A stretch of 64,000 nucleotides of DNA from an uncultured Eubacterium sp. (GCA_944380635.1 CALWID010000001.1:88374-152373), one strand, 5' to 3'; positions 27,855 through 38,373 are shown, counted from the stretch's first letter. Translations and numbers: made by a program. The notes: generated from the sequence alone by a model not told the origin.

Positions 27855-29888
27855 TTATTCTGCTGTAATATTAAATTCAAAATAGGCGTTATCATCATAC
27901 CACAAGGGAAAATTGGTGCCCCAAACATTATCTTCAAGGATATATGTTATTCCGTTTTCGGCTATATTTTCAACCTTATTGTCATAATGCAGAATTTTGC
28001 CTTTACCGGGAGAGAGCAAAGGCGAATGGCAGTTTGTAAAAATATATTTACCGCTGTTTGTTTCAAGCCTTGCGCACTGAACGGCATGAATATTTTTGCC
28101 GCCGTTTTCAACAATATCATATGGGTTTATCCATTGGCCTATCTTTTTAATTTCAAACTTACCCGCGGCGGGCGTTAAATGGTAGTAAACTGCCTCCGTA
28201 AGGCGGTTTGCGTCTTTGCCGAACCACGAAAGTTCTGTTTTAAGCCCGTTTTCTCCGAGTGTGTAAACTATTTGTATAAGCCTCGGCGCGCCGAGTTCGT
28301 CGCGGGCGATTTCGGAACAGTTCAAACTGACTGCAACTTTATTTTTACCCGCGCTGTATGCGCCGCATAGATAATAGGGAAATCTGCCGCTTGGATATTT
28401 TCCGCTTACATATTTAAGCAGCGGGCGTGAAAAATCGGAAACCGCCCAGTGAGCGTTTTTATCTATATCCCTGCTGTAATGTTCTAACCAAAAATCATAA
28501 TCCTTATCGTTGAATCCTATGTATTCAAGCGCGGGGCAGTCATTTTGCCTTATTACTTCATCGCCGGAGTATGTCAGTTTTTCAATGCCGCCGGTTTTGC
28601 TTATTTTAAACTGCCATTTTCCGGCGGTAAGCGTTTGAGAAATATCAAACTTTTCTCCGCTTTGGGCGGGATATGCAGGTATGAGTTTTTTCAGCGCGGT
28701 TTTCGCCTCTGCCTTTTTTTCACCGCTCAGGCAATAAACTGCGTTTTTAATATATTCGCGCTGCTCCGCCCAACTTTTTTCCATAGCGTTATAATCCGCT
28801 TTTTTATTACAGCCGTATATCCTGCCGAGGGCAATTATCATATTCTGCGGATAATCGCGAAACGGATGGCGCAATTTTGAGGTGCCTTTTTTACGCGCTT
28901 TTTCAAAATCTTTTTTAAGGTAGTGTTCAAAATCCCCGAGGTATGTTTTCATATCCATACCGCAGGTGTGCTCAGCAACGCACAAAAGGTAATCTGTAAA
29001 TCTTATATATTCTTCTGAATTCCGTTTCATTTTGCCGCTCTTAAGCCATTCGCCCTTAAGGCGCATAAGTTCACGCAGAGCGGCGGATTTAAACGGGTCG
29101 GCGGCTGAGCCGTGAATCCATGTGTCCCCGAGTTCGCTTGTTACAACGGGCAGTTCGCCCCTCTTTTCCCATATTATATCCGCAAATTCATCCAGCGTAC
29201 CTGCCTCTGCTGTGTAGCCGGGAAATTCATTTTCAATCTTTTTCAGTTTTTCGGTTATGTGCTTTGCGGACGGCGTTCCGTGGTTATCAAGAGTATGGTC
29301 AAAATAAAGTACCTCATCAACTAAATCACTTTTAAACGCTCCGCCGTAATCGCCGGAATATACAACAACTACTTCATATTTTCCGCATTTCCAAAGAAAA
29401 CAAGGCGGCACTTTGCACAGCGCGGACGCACCGTTTACACCTATGTGCAAAAGTTTTACACCGTGCTTTGCAAGCAGGGGCACAATGGCTTTAGTGTGCC
29501 CGGGAACATCAGTCATCTTTGCCGCTGTGGTTTTTCTGCCGCGCAGTTTGTCAATCCCGTCAACTATTGAAAGACCGTATTCAAGAGTATCTTCGTCCAG
29601 CAGTTCCGTGTGTGTTGTAAACGGCATTGCGTGCGCAACTATATTGCCGTCCCTAATCGCTTCCTTTAGATTTTCGCGCTGAACGCTGTTTCCTTTTAAA
29701 AGCGCCTCTTTAAGTATCCATGAACCGGTAGTCCATATAAATCTTTTATGCCCGTCTTTGTTCAGCGCTTTTGCAAGTTCAATCGCGCCGGGTATATATT
29801 CGTTTATGTATTTTTTCTTAATTTCATACGCAAAATCGGTAAATCCAAGGTCAAGGTGTGTTTTTGATACTACTATAACTTTTTTCAT
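27855..29888 (-). CDS. DUF5054-like protein with GH38-type N-terminal barrel (putative glycoside hydrolase)
   Basis: VIVVSKTHLDLGFTD, DVPGHT nucleophile-like segment, ELGDTWIHG and NVWGTNFPLW. Confidence 0.72.
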   Translation of the reverse strand: MKKVIVVSKTHLDLGFTDFAYEIKKKYINEYIPGAIELAKALNKDGHKRFIWTTGSWILKEALLKGNSVQRENLKEAIRDGNIVAHAMPFTTHTELLDEDTLEYGLSIVDGIDKLRGRKTTAAKMTDVPGHTKAIVPLLAKHGVKLLHIGVNGASALCKVPPCFLWKCGKYEVVVVYSGDYGGAFKSDLVDEVLYFDHTLDNHGTPSAKHITEKLKKIENEFPGYTAEAGTLDEFADIIWEKRGELPVVTSELGDTWIHGSAADPFKSAALRELMRLKGEWLKSGKMKRNSEEYIRFTDYLLCVAEHTCGMDMKTYLGDFEHYLKKDFEKARKKGTSKLRHPFRDYPQNMIIALGRIYGCNKKADYNAMEKSWAEQREYIKNAVYCLSGEKKAEAKTALKKLIPAYPAQSGEKFDISQTLTAGKWQFKISKTGGIEKLTYSGDEVIRQNDCPALEYIGFNDKDYDFWLEHYSRDIDKNAHWAVSDFSRPLLKYVSGKYPSGRFPYYLCGAYSAGKNKVAVSLNCSEIARDELGAPRLIQIVYTLGENGLKTELSWFGKDANRLTEAVYYHLTPAAGKFEIKKIGQWINPYDIVENGGKNIHAVQCARLETNSGKYIFTNCHSPLLSPGKGKILHYDNKVENIAENGITYILEDNVWGTNFPLWYDDNAYFEFNITAE

Positions 29889-30142
29889 ATTTTTCTCCGT
29901 AACACATATTTGGGTATTAAAACCTTTTATAATTATACTGCATATATCGGATAATGTTCAACCTGTAATATTTAATAATTTTACACGCTGTTTTTTGTGC
30001 TATAAGACGAAAACGGCGCAATTTCTTTTCATATCGGAATAATGCGTTTTGTGTTTATTAATTTTTACATTTCAGCCGTGCTTTTTAATGTAAAAGGGGC
30101 GGATAAACTCCGCCCCACTTTTAGTATTGTTGTAACATTTTA

Positions 30143-32278
30143 CTATTCATAGTCCGCCGGATTTATAAGATTACCGTTTTCATCCCAACTTGTTTCAAAA
30201 GCCGGGGTAAACACTTCGCCCGCCGTGTTTTGGAAAGTCCCGTTTGAAGTTTTGCTGATACTGCCGCTTTCGTCAATTACCAGCCAACCGTTTTTATCTA
30301 TAAAACATTCATCGCTCGGGTATGTTTCGCCGTCTGTGTTTTTCAGGTAATAACTTTTTCTCGTTTCGGGGTCGGAATTATCACTGTCTACCGTTGAATA
30401 ATAGCAGTATGTTTCTCCGCTTTCGGTGTAATACCTGATTTTTTCGACAGTTCTGTAACAAAGCCCCTGTTTATCAAAGAAACAGCCGTTAAACGAATAT
30501 TTTATAAATCCGTTATCATCGGTGTAAATATCATACGGGTGCCTGCCGCTTAAATCCGTTTCGTCTATATATATATTTTGCGGCACGGCAAAGGCATCAA
30601 GTATAGGCATATCTTTTTCAAATACTGCCATATCAAAATCACTGAATCTTAAAACGGCAAACTGCCAATCTTCGTATTCGGATAATCTGTATAAAGTAAT
30701 ATAATCGTCTGCGTTTTTAAGTTTATCACTATAATAATATGCCATGGAAGTTCTGCCAATCCTGTTGGATAATGTGCCGATTTTAGCAGTGTATTCTTCC
30801 GCGGTGTATGTGCTTTGAACAGCGTCAAAGCCCGTAAGCCGCGCGATTTCGGCGCTGCTGTCAAGATTTGCGGTTTTAAGTATCTCGATTATCTCAGATT
30901 CTTTTTCTTTAATATCAAGCAGTTCCTGCGTTTCTCTGCTGATTTCAAAATAATGCATATCGCTGAACGCGCCTGAATCTTCAAGATATTGATATGTTAT
31001 TCTGCTTGTTGCAAGCCCCTGCTTATATTTAACAAATTTATATGTTACAGGCGTGTACTGATTATAATACTCTATCTCTTCCTGATTTGTGTGCTCATAC
31101 GGCTTAAAACTGTATAGTTCGGTTAACTCATCGTTATCCGTTTTTAAATTGTGCAGAGTAATTGAATCATATCCGTTTTCAAACGGTATGTCATCAATTG
31201 CCAAAGTTACCGAATATACAGTGCTTTCCGCCTCTGCGTCATTTTGGTCTTGAAGCAAATCAAGGTATATTCCCGGTATACCGCCTACTTCATCATACTG
31301 TATTCTATCTTCCTCATAGTAGAAATCAATCGCTATATAAAACAGGTTGCTGCTAAAACTGTAACCCGCGGTTTTCCCGTTTTCTTCGCTGCGGTAAAAA
31401 TTATACTGCGAATTTTCAATATATTCCGCCGCTTCTTCCTGCGTATCGCAGTTTTGCTCAAGTTGGGTCAAAAACTGAAACGCGCCGGTGTACTCGCTTT
31501 GCAGAGCCTGCACCCTGTTTATAGTGCTTATCCCAAAATATGCGCAAATTACAGCGGATACAGCAAACAGGGCAATACAAACGGCAATTAAGATTTTCGT
31601 CATTAAAATATCCGATTTTGTCCGTTTATCAAGTTCCTTTTTTATTGCAAGTATTAACGCGGCAACGGCTGTAACGCCGAATATTATTCCGAAAATCAAT
31701 ACAGTGGTATGAACAAGTGAACTGTCTTTAATATTTTGTGAAAAATCAATGCTGCCGTTAAAAATATATGTTTTAAGATTTTCAATGTTTTCGCCCGTAA
31801 GTTCATTGATTTCAGCCGCAAGTTCCCTGATAAGCGCCGTGCACATAAAGCCGCTGAGCAGGTAGCATGCGGCAAGCACGGTCTTTCTTGAAACAGCGTA
31901 AACTGCAAATAAAAAATATACTGCGCTTGCGAAAAAAATTCCGCACACCAGCAAAGAAATTACGCCCGGGTCGCCGAACGCATAACCGCTAAGCAGATAG
32001 TGAGCCGCGGAAATAGCCGCTATGGCTATAAGAAAAACCAGAAAATCAATCCAGTTGAATTTTGATTTGTGCAGTTCGGCAAGGTCTTTTGCTATTTCCT
32101 CAGCGTCCCCCATAGCGTCAACGGCTTTTTCCTCCGCCTGCTCTTCTGTGTAGCCCATTTCTTCAAACCGCTGTTCCTTAAGCAGGATATGGTCGTGCAG
32201 TTCAGCCGCAATTACCTGCTTTTTTCTAAAACTGTATATTTGTGAAGTAGCCTGTTTCAGAAATTCTTTTTCGTTCAT
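30143..32278 (-). CDS. Membrane protein with 'permease prefix domain 1' N-terminus and large extracytoplasmic region
   Basis: ELHDHI...EEQAEEKAVDAMGDAEEIAKDLAELH prefix motif, several TM helices, then about 450 aa hydrophilic; coupled to padR by an overlapping stop/start. Confidence 0.8.
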   Translation of the reverse strand: MNEKEFLKQATSQIYSFRKKQVIAAELHDHILLKEQRFEEMGYTEEQAEEKAVDAMGDAEEIAKDLAELHKSKFNWIDFLVFLIAIAAISAAHYLLSGYAFGDPGVISLLVCGIFFASAVYFLFAVYAVSRKTVLAACYLLSGFMCTALIRELAAEINELTGENIENLKTYIFNGSIDFSQNIKDSSLVHTTVLIFGIIFGVTAVAALILAIKKELDKRTKSDILMTKILIAVCIALFAVSAVICAYFGISTINRVQALQSEYTGAFQFLTQLEQNCDTQEEAAEYIENSQYNFYRSEENGKTAGYSFSSNLFYIAIDFYYEEDRIQYDEVGGIPGIYLDLLQDQNDAEAESTVYSVTLAIDDIPFENGYDSITLHNLKTDNDELTELYSFKPYEHTNQEEIEYYNQYTPVTYKFVKYKQGLATSRITYQYLEDSGAFSDMHYFEISRETQELLDIKEKESEIIEILKTANLDSSAEIARLTGFDAVQSTYTAEEYTAKIGTLSNRIGRTSMAYYYSDKLKNADDYITLYRLSEYEDWQFAVLRFSDFDMAVFEKDMPILDAFAVPQNIYIDETDLSGRHPYDIYTDDNGFIKYSFNGCFFDKQGLCYRTVEKIRYYTESGETYCYYSTVDSDNSDPETRKSYYLKNTDGETYPSDECFIDKNGWLVIDESGSISKTSNGTFQNTAGEVFTPAFETSWDENGNLINPADYE

Positions 32279-32604
32279 TACGCATAATTAAGTACCTTTG
32301 ATACGGAAACGCTGAATTCTTTGAATTCCTCCTTCTTTTCCGCAAGGCGCTTTGCTCCTTTCCTTGTAATGCGGTAATATTTTCTGTTGCGTCCGTCCGC
32401 CTTTACCCAGTAACTTTCCACAAGTTTTTCTTTTTCAAGCGCGTGCAGAATAGGATAAAGCGTTCCCTCTTTAAGTGAAAACACATTTTCACTTCTGATT
32501 TCAAGTTCTTTAATAATTTTATATCCGTACATATCTTCGCTGTTTATAACCGAAAGCACCATCATTGATATGCTTCCGCTTATAAGTTCTTTACTGATTT
32601 GCAA
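32278..32604 (-). CDS. PadR-family transcriptional regulator
   Basis: MYGYKIIKEL, KEGTLYPILHALEK and RKYYRITRKG motifs. Confidence 0.95.
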   Translation of the reverse strand: MQISKELISGSISMMVLSVINSEDMYGYKIIKELEIRSENVFSLKEGTLYPILHALEKEKLVESYWVKADGRNRKYYRITRKGAKRLAEKKEEFKEFSVSVSKVLNYA

Positions 32605-32649
32605 AATAAACCCTCCTTGAATTCATTTTAATTTTTGTGGGGAAGCCTA

Positions 32650-32699
32650 ATGCATAGACTTCCTATGTATAAAATATCATCTTGTTAATTATTTGTCAA
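32650..32699 (-). promoter_or_regulatory. padR promoter with inverted-repeat operator
   Basis: TTGACA (32699-32694), 17-nt spacer, TATTTT (32676-32671), followed at once by ATACATAG-N5-CTATGCAT (32670-32650). Confidence 0.7.
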
Positions 32700-32738
32700 T
32701 ATGTTTTTGAATTTTTTTAACATAAATTTTTTAAACAT

Positions 32739-32771
32739 AAAAAAAGAGCCGCACATTCCGCGCGGCTCTTT
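32739..32771 (-). terminator. Intrinsic terminator after cysK
   Basis: Stem AAAGAGCCGC/GCGGCTCTTT with a T run on the minus strand. Confidence 0.75.
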
Positions 32772-32815
32772 AAGCCCATATAATAATAGGTATTAAATTA
32801 AATATTTATTAAATA

Positions 32816-33745
32816 TCAGTCGTCAAACAGAACGGTGCTGAAATATCTTTCGCCTGTATCCGGCAAAACGGTAACAACGGTTTTGCCTTTGCCGAGCCTT
32901 CGCGCAAGTTTTATTGCCGCGGCTACATTTGAGCCGCTTGAAATTCCGCACATAATGCCTTCTTCAGACGCAAGCCTTTTTGCAGTCTGAATTGCCTCCT
33001 CATCTGAAACAACGCAGATATGCTCATAAATAGTTGTGTTCAGGTTTTCGGGAATAAGTCCGTCCCCGATACCCATTTGCAGATGAGTGCCAACCGAGCC
33101 GCCGCTGAGTATAGCCGCGTTTTCCGGCTCAACCGCCCATATTTTTATTGACGGATTCTGCCTTTTTAAAACTTCGCCTATACCGCTTATTGTGCCGCCG
33201 GTGCCTACTCCGCTGCAAAAGCCGTCTATCTCGCCGCCTACCTGCTCAAGTATTTCAACTGCGGTGTGATAAATATGCGCTTTCGGGTTATCCGGATTTT
33301 CAAACTGGCCGGGTATGTATACATTTGGGTCTTCAGCCGCCATTCTTTTTGCCGTTTCCATACATTCCTCTATGCATTTTCCTATATTGCCGTCATCATG
33401 TATCAAAATTACTTCTGCGCCGTAATTCTTAACAAGTTTTCTGCGCTCTTCGGAAACGGAATCCGGCATAATTATCTTTATTTTATATCCTTTTACAGCG
33501 CCGACAAGCGCAAGACCTATGCCCTGATTCCCGCTTGTAGGCTCCACTATAATAGTGTTTTCATTAATAAGTCCCTTTTCCTCGGCGCGCTTAAGCATAT
33601 TATACGCCGTGCGGGTCTTTATAGAACCGCCAATGTTTACGCCCTCATATTTAACGAGTATCTGCGCAGAATCAGGTTCACACATTCTGTGAAGCCTTAT
33701 CATAGGCGTGTGCCCAATGGCGTCAAGTATTGTATCGTATACCAT
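32816..33745 (-). CDS. cysK: Cysteine synthase (O-acetylserine sulfhydrylase family)
   Basis: GGSIKTR (PLP Lys), PTSGNQG, GVGTGGT and CGISSG motifs. Confidence 0.9.
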   Translation of the reverse strand: MVYDTILDAIGHTPMIRLHRMCEPDSAQILVKYEGVNIGGSIKTRTAYNMLKRAEEKGLINENTIIVEPTSGNQGIGLALVGAVKGYKIKIIMPDSVSEERRKLVKNYGAEVILIHDDGNIGKCIEECMETAKRMAAEDPNVYIPGQFENPDNPKAHIYHTAVEILEQVGGEIDGFCSGVGTGGTISGIGEVLKRQNPSIKIWAVEPENAAILSGGSVGTHLQMGIGDGLIPENLNTTIYEHICVVSDEEAIQTAKRLASEEGIMCGISSGSNVAAAIKLARRLGKGKTVVTVLPDTGERYFSTVLFDD

Positions 33746-33909
33746 AAATATCTCCCTCTCTTAAGCAGTTTTGTTATCATTTGCCAAATTATTATATCAC
33801 CGCTGTGCGCTGTTTTCAAGGAATTGATTTATATGTGGCATTTTACATACATTTATGTTACAATTTTATTTGTATAAAAATTAAAAATATGTTTGGAACG
33901 GCGGATAAT

Positions 33910-34626
33910 ATGGATATTTTTGAAAGAACGGCGCTCATAGTCGGAAAAAACGCTATGGAAAAACTCAAAAACAGCCGCGTGGCGGTGTTTGGCTTAGGCG
34001 GAGTCGGCGGATATGCCGCTGAGGCGCTTGTGCGAAGCGGTATCGGCGCTCTTGATTTTACGGACGCTGATACAATCAGCGAAACAAATCTGAACAGGCA
34101 GATAATAGCCGTAAAAAAAACAATCGGTATGCAAAAGACGGACGCTGCAAAGGAGCGTGCCCTGAGCATAAACCCAGATGTTAAAATATACACCCATAAT
34201 TTATTTTATTCGCCCGAAACAAGCGCTATGTTTGATTTTTCTGATTTTGATTATGTTGTGGACGCTGTTGACACCGTTACAGCAAAGGTTGAAATAATCA
34301 AAAAGGCAAAGGCTGCAGGCGTTCCGGTTATCAGTTCAATGGGCACGGGCAATAAACTGCACCCCGATTTGCTGGAGGTTTCGGATATTTACAAAACATC
34401 TGTATGCCCGCTTGCACGCGTTATGCGCTCCGCACTCAGAAAAGCAGGCGTAGATTCTCTTAAAGTTGTATATTCCAAAGAAAAGCCCGTAAGTATCAAC
34501 CCTTTGGATATTCAGGGCGAAATACCGCCCGGCAAACATACTATACCTGGCAGCACGGCGTTTGTGCCTGCCGCGGCAGGGCTTATCATCGCCGCTGAAG
34601 TTTTCAGGGACATCATCGGCAGTTAA
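33910..34626 (+). CDS. tcdA: tRNA threonylcarbamoyladenosine dehydratase (ThiF/MoeB family)
   Basis: VFGLGGVGG, ETNLNRQ, SSMGTGNK and CPLARVMR motifs. Start moved to MDIFER; the ORF track starts at 33781. Confidence 0.9.
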   Translation: MDIFERTALIVGKNAMEKLKNSRVAVFGLGGVGGYAAEALVRSGIGALDFTDADTISETNLNRQIIAVKKTIGMQKTDAAKERALSINPDVKIYTHNLFYSPETSAMFDFSDFDYVVDAVDTVTAKVEIIKKAKAAGVPVISSMGTGNKLHPDLLEVSDIYKTSVCPLARVMRSALRKAGVDSLKVVYSKEKPVSINPLDIQGEIPPGKHTIPGSTAFVPAAAGLIIAAEVFRDIIGS

Positions 34627-34665
34627 CCCAAGCAGTGCGGCTTTGACTTTTTCGGAGGAATATTT

Positions 34666-35475
34666 ATGTTATCCAAAACAACAGAAAAGGTTAGAATGCT
34701 TGACCGGGGATTTGAATCAAATCCGTTTGTTGTGCTCAACGCGGGCAGCAGCGTTTGCGGCAGTGACTTTTATATAGAACGAAAAGCCGTATCTTTTAAC
34801 GCCGCGGAGTTTGTGCTTTCCGGCAGCGGCTGTTTTGAAACAGGCGGTCAAATATATAATGTTGGTGAAAACGATATTTTTTTCTTTAAACATTCGCAGC
34901 CCCATAGGTATTACACCGCGGGAAACGAGCCGTGGGAAAAAATATTTGTTTCGTTTTACGGCAAAGCGGCGGATTTACTGACGGAGTGCTATCTTTATAA
35001 TAAAAGTCCGGTGATAAACTGTGCTGCGCTAAAAGGTAATTTTTTAAAAATACTGAATACTGCGTTTTCAGAAAACAGCGCGGAATATATCCAGTATGAA
35101 TGTATATCGCTTGTTTTCAACATTTTTAATACTATTCAGTTAAAAAATGTTAACAGAGACCTTGCCGGCAGGATTAAGGAATTTATAGACGGCTCTCTTC
35201 AAAACGATTTCAGCCTTGAAAAAATCTGCGAAAAATTTAATTACTCAAAAAATCATATTGTAAATGTGTTTTCACAAAAATACTCAGTTACGCCGTACCG
35301 CTATTATCTTGAATCAAAAATAGTGCTTGCGAAGAAATATCTTTCATTCACTTCATTAAGCGCCGCGCAGATAGCAAATTTGCTTGGATATTCGGACGCC
35401 TCTTATTTTTCTTATTCTTTCAAAAAGGCAACAGGTATGACGCCCGCCGAATACAGAAAAAGCAACTTATTGTGA
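34666..35475 (+). CDS. AraC-family transcriptional regulator
   Basis: Cupin N-domain (FFFKHSQPHRY) and C-terminal double HTH (IANLLGYSDASYFSYSFKKATGMTPAEYRK). Confidence 0.93.
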   Translation: MLSKTTEKVRMLDRGFESNPFVVLNAGSSVCGSDFYIERKAVSFNAAEFVLSGSGCFETGGQIYNVGENDIFFFKHSQPHRYYTAGNEPWEKIFVSFYGKAADLLTECYLYNKSPVINCAALKGNFLKILNTAFSENSAEYIQYECISLVFNIFNTIQLKNVNRDLAGRIKEFIDGSLQNDFSLEKICEKFNYSKNHIVNVFSQKYSVTPYRYYLESKIVLAKKYLSFTSLSAAQIANLLGYSDASYFSYSFKKATGMTPAEYRKSNLL

Positions 35476-35570
35476 TATTATTATATTTTTTGCTGATAAT
35501 CTCAATTTACATCACTCCTTTTATGTGATATTTGTAAATTGAGATTATTTTTTATGGGCGGTAATGCGAT

Positions 35571-37784
35571 ATGAAGAAAAAATTTTTTGCCGTGCTGTTT
35601 GCAGCGCTTATTGCGGCTGTTCCGGTTCAGGCGTCGGCAGAGGAGGCGACGGCGGTGGATAATGCCGCATATCATATTTATGTTTCCGCGCAGGCGGATG
35701 CAAACCTGCAAAACGGCAGCAAAGAATATCCTTTTGCGGATATAAGCGCGGCGAAGGATTATGTAAGAACGCTTGATAAATCAGGCGGAGATATAATTGT
35801 TGAGATAGCGGACGGCTCTTATTATCTTGACGAGCCTTTAACTTTCGGAGTTGAGGATTCAGGCAGTGAGAACTGCACGGTGCGCTATGTTGCCGCAAAA
35901 GGCGCGTCCCCCGTTATCAGCGGCGGAAGGCGTATTCAGGGCGAATGGCGCAGCGAAGGCGGCGGCATTTACAGTATAGAGTATAACAGAAACAGAAAAC
36001 TGAGGGCGCTTTATGTAAACGGTGAAAGAAAATATATGACCCATAACCAAATAAAAGGCAAAGGGTCTGACGGCGAACTCGTCATAAAAGCGGGCCAGGC
36101 GGACTGGGCGTGGACGAGCGGCACCGCTTACACGGGAGTGCTTTTCGGCAAAAATACTATTCCTCTTAACACAAGAAATGCCGACGATATTGAACTTATG
36201 ACAATGACTACCTGGAACACTTCAATAGTCTGCGTTGAAAGCCTTGAAAAAGCCGGCTCAAAGATATGTGCGCGCCTTCAGATGCCTTACGGCGCAATCG
36301 CCCAGACTCCGGGCTGGGGAAACGCTTACCAGCCAAAGGAAATGAACATTGTTTATAATGTTTTTGAATGGCTGGATGAACCGGGCGAATTTTATTTTGA
36401 TAAAGCAGAACACCGCCTCTATTATTATCCCGAACCCTCAGAGGATATAAATACGGCGGAGATTATTGCCCCGGAATTAGAAACAATACTGGATATAAAC
36501 GGTGAAAATATTGAAAACAGAGTGCGTTACCTTTCGTTTGAAGGGCTTACTTTTGCTCATTCAGACTGGAATTTATGCGAGGTGGACGGCTCTTTCGGCA
36601 GAGCGACAAACCAGGGCGCCTGCGTGCTGTATAATTATGATGATGTTGACTGGCACTCAGCCGTATACAGGGCATACGACCTTGCGCCCGCGGCGGTGCA
36701 GATGTCGTCCGCATGCAATATCTCTTTTTGCGGCAACAGCGTAATTAATACAGGCAACGAGGGCGTTTCGCTTATAAATGATGTCAGCGATGTTAAACTG
36801 AGCGGAAATATCATTTTTGATACAGGAGGTTCAGGGCTGCTCATAGGCCATCCTCAGCATATGTATATAGGGGATAAAAACAGCGGATACGGCAGATTTT
36901 CCGAAAAGGAAAAATATTCAGCGGATGTTGAGGCAAGCTGCAAGCGCCTTGATATAGATAACAATCTTATAAAAAGCACTTCCCGCCTTTTCTGGGGCGA
37001 TTCCGGAGTTATGGTCTTTGCCGCTGAGGAAATGAATTTTACACATAATCAGGTGGAGGACACCACTTATTCCGGGCTGAGCCTTGGCTGGGGTTGGTGG
37101 AATATGAACGGCTCGCCGGAATCCGCAGTTCCCGGCGTTCCTACCGAAACAACAAAAAATAATACCGTAACGGCAAACAGATTTATAAATACAATAACCG
37201 TGCTTGCAGACGCCGGCGCAATATATACCCTCGGCGATATGCCCGGCACAATAATCAGTTCAAATTATATCCGCCATATCGGAACGGACGGCGCTGAAGC
37301 GTCTTACCACATAAGGGGAATACATATTGACGAAGGCACAAAGCATGTGTTCGGCGAAAAAAATGTTATAGATATTGACCCGGATTTTACGGCAGTTGAC
37401 TGCGGAAACTGGGGAAATAAAGGCAGCAACGAATGGCGGGATAATTACTCAACTTCCGATAGTTATAAAACTACGGACGATTATGAGCCCGATACCGTAA
37501 TTGAATCAAATCACACCGTGGCCGACGCAAACTGGCAGGGAGAGGCGCTTGAAACGGTTAATAACTCTGGCATTGAAAGTGATTTTACAAATATTTTAAA
37601 CAGCGATTTTTATAAAACCCAAAATTACAATCTTCCCTATATACCTGAGCAAAGCGGTCTGAGCGCGCCTCAGATTGCAGGCATATGCGCCGGAGCGGTT
37701 GCCGCTGCGGCGGTTGTTTGCGCGCTGATAATTAAACTTATCAAAAAGAAAAGGGAAAAGAAAAACAGCGAACACTGCCGGTAA
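35571..37784 (+). CDS. Secreted, membrane-anchored right-handed beta-helix protein (GH141/pectate-lyase-fold-like)
   Basis: Signal peptide; YVS...GSKEYPF, ISGGRRI, LYVNG and LDEPGEFYFD motifs; repeated N-x-I beta-helix turns; C-terminal TM helix and basic tail. Confidence 0.75.
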   Translation: MKKKFFAVLFAALIAAVPVQASAEEATAVDNAAYHIYVSAQADANLQNGSKEYPFADISAAKDYVRTLDKSGGDIIVEIADGSYYLDEPLTFGVEDSGSENCTVRYVAAKGASPVISGGRRIQGEWRSEGGGIYSIEYNRNRKLRALYVNGERKYMTHNQIKGKGSDGELVIKAGQADWAWTSGTAYTGVLFGKNTIPLNTRNADDIELMTMTTWNTSIVCVESLEKAGSKICARLQMPYGAIAQTPGWGNAYQPKEMNIVYNVFEWLDEPGEFYFDKAEHRLYYYPEPSEDINTAEIIAPELETILDINGENIENRVRYLSFEGLTFAHSDWNLCEVDGSFGRATNQGACVLYNYDDVDWHSAVYRAYDLAPAAVQMSSACNISFCGNSVINTGNEGVSLINDVSDVKLSGNIIFDTGGSGLLIGHPQHMYIGDKNSGYGRFSEKEKYSADVEASCKRLDIDNNLIKSTSRLFWGDSGVMVFAAEEMNFTHNQVEDTTYSGLSLGWGWWNMNGSPESAVPGVPTETTKNNTVTANRFINTITVLADAGAIYTLGDMPGTIISSNYIRHIGTDGAEASYHIRGIHIDEGTKHVFGEKNVIDIDPDFTAVDCGNWGNKGSNEWRDNYSTSDSYKTTDDYEPDTVIESNHTVADANWQGEALETVNNSGIESDFTNILNSDFYKTQNYNLPYIPEQSGLSAPQIAGICAGAVAAAAVVCALIIKLIKKKREKKNSEHCR

Positions 37785-37852
37785 CACGGCGGGCACGCTG
37801 CTGATTTAGCGGCAAAACTTATATTTTTGCCGTATATTACAGATGTAAAAAG

Positions 37853-38323
37853 TTATATTTTGGCGTTAAAGCAGACTATACCCGCTTTGGTAATGTCCGC
37901 AATCCCGTAAACTCCGTCCCTTACCGCACCGGGGTTAAAATAGTAAATACCGTCAATATAATTCACACAAGGGGTGTGGGTATGTCCGTAAAGGGCAATA
38001 TCCGCGCCCTCTTTTTTTGCTTTTTCTTTCAGGTCAAGCAGTCCGAATTTAACCCCTAATGTGTGCCCGTGGCAAATAAATACTTTTTTGCCCGCAAATG
38101 AAATTGTCCGCTCGTCCGGCGCGTCGCCTGAAAAATCGCAGTTTCCGCTCACGCAAACAAGATTGAGTTTGCTGCCGAAATAAATCTGCGCGTTTTCAAG
38201 GTCCCTGCCTGAATTGCAGTCCCCAAGATTAACAAAAATATCGGCGTCGTCAATATGCTTTTGAATAATATCAAACAGCACTCCGGCCCTGCCGTGGCTG
38301 TCTGAAGTTACTATCATTCTCAT
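37853..38323 (-). CDS. YfcE-family metallophosphoesterase
   Basis: SDSHG, NLGD, GNCD, CHGH, GHTH and NPG motifs. Confidence 0.92.
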   Translation of the reverse strand: MRMIVTSDSHGRAGVLFDIIQKHIDDADIFVNLGDCNSGRDLENAQIYFGSKLNLVCVSGNCDFSGDAPDERTISFAGKKVFICHGHTLGVKFGLLDLKEKAKKEGADIALYGHTHTPCVNYIDGIYYFNPGAVRDGVYGIADITKAGIVCFNAKI

Positions 38324-38373
38324 TCATAACTCTCCTTTACCGTTCATAAATATTATTATACTTTGTTTAGCGG

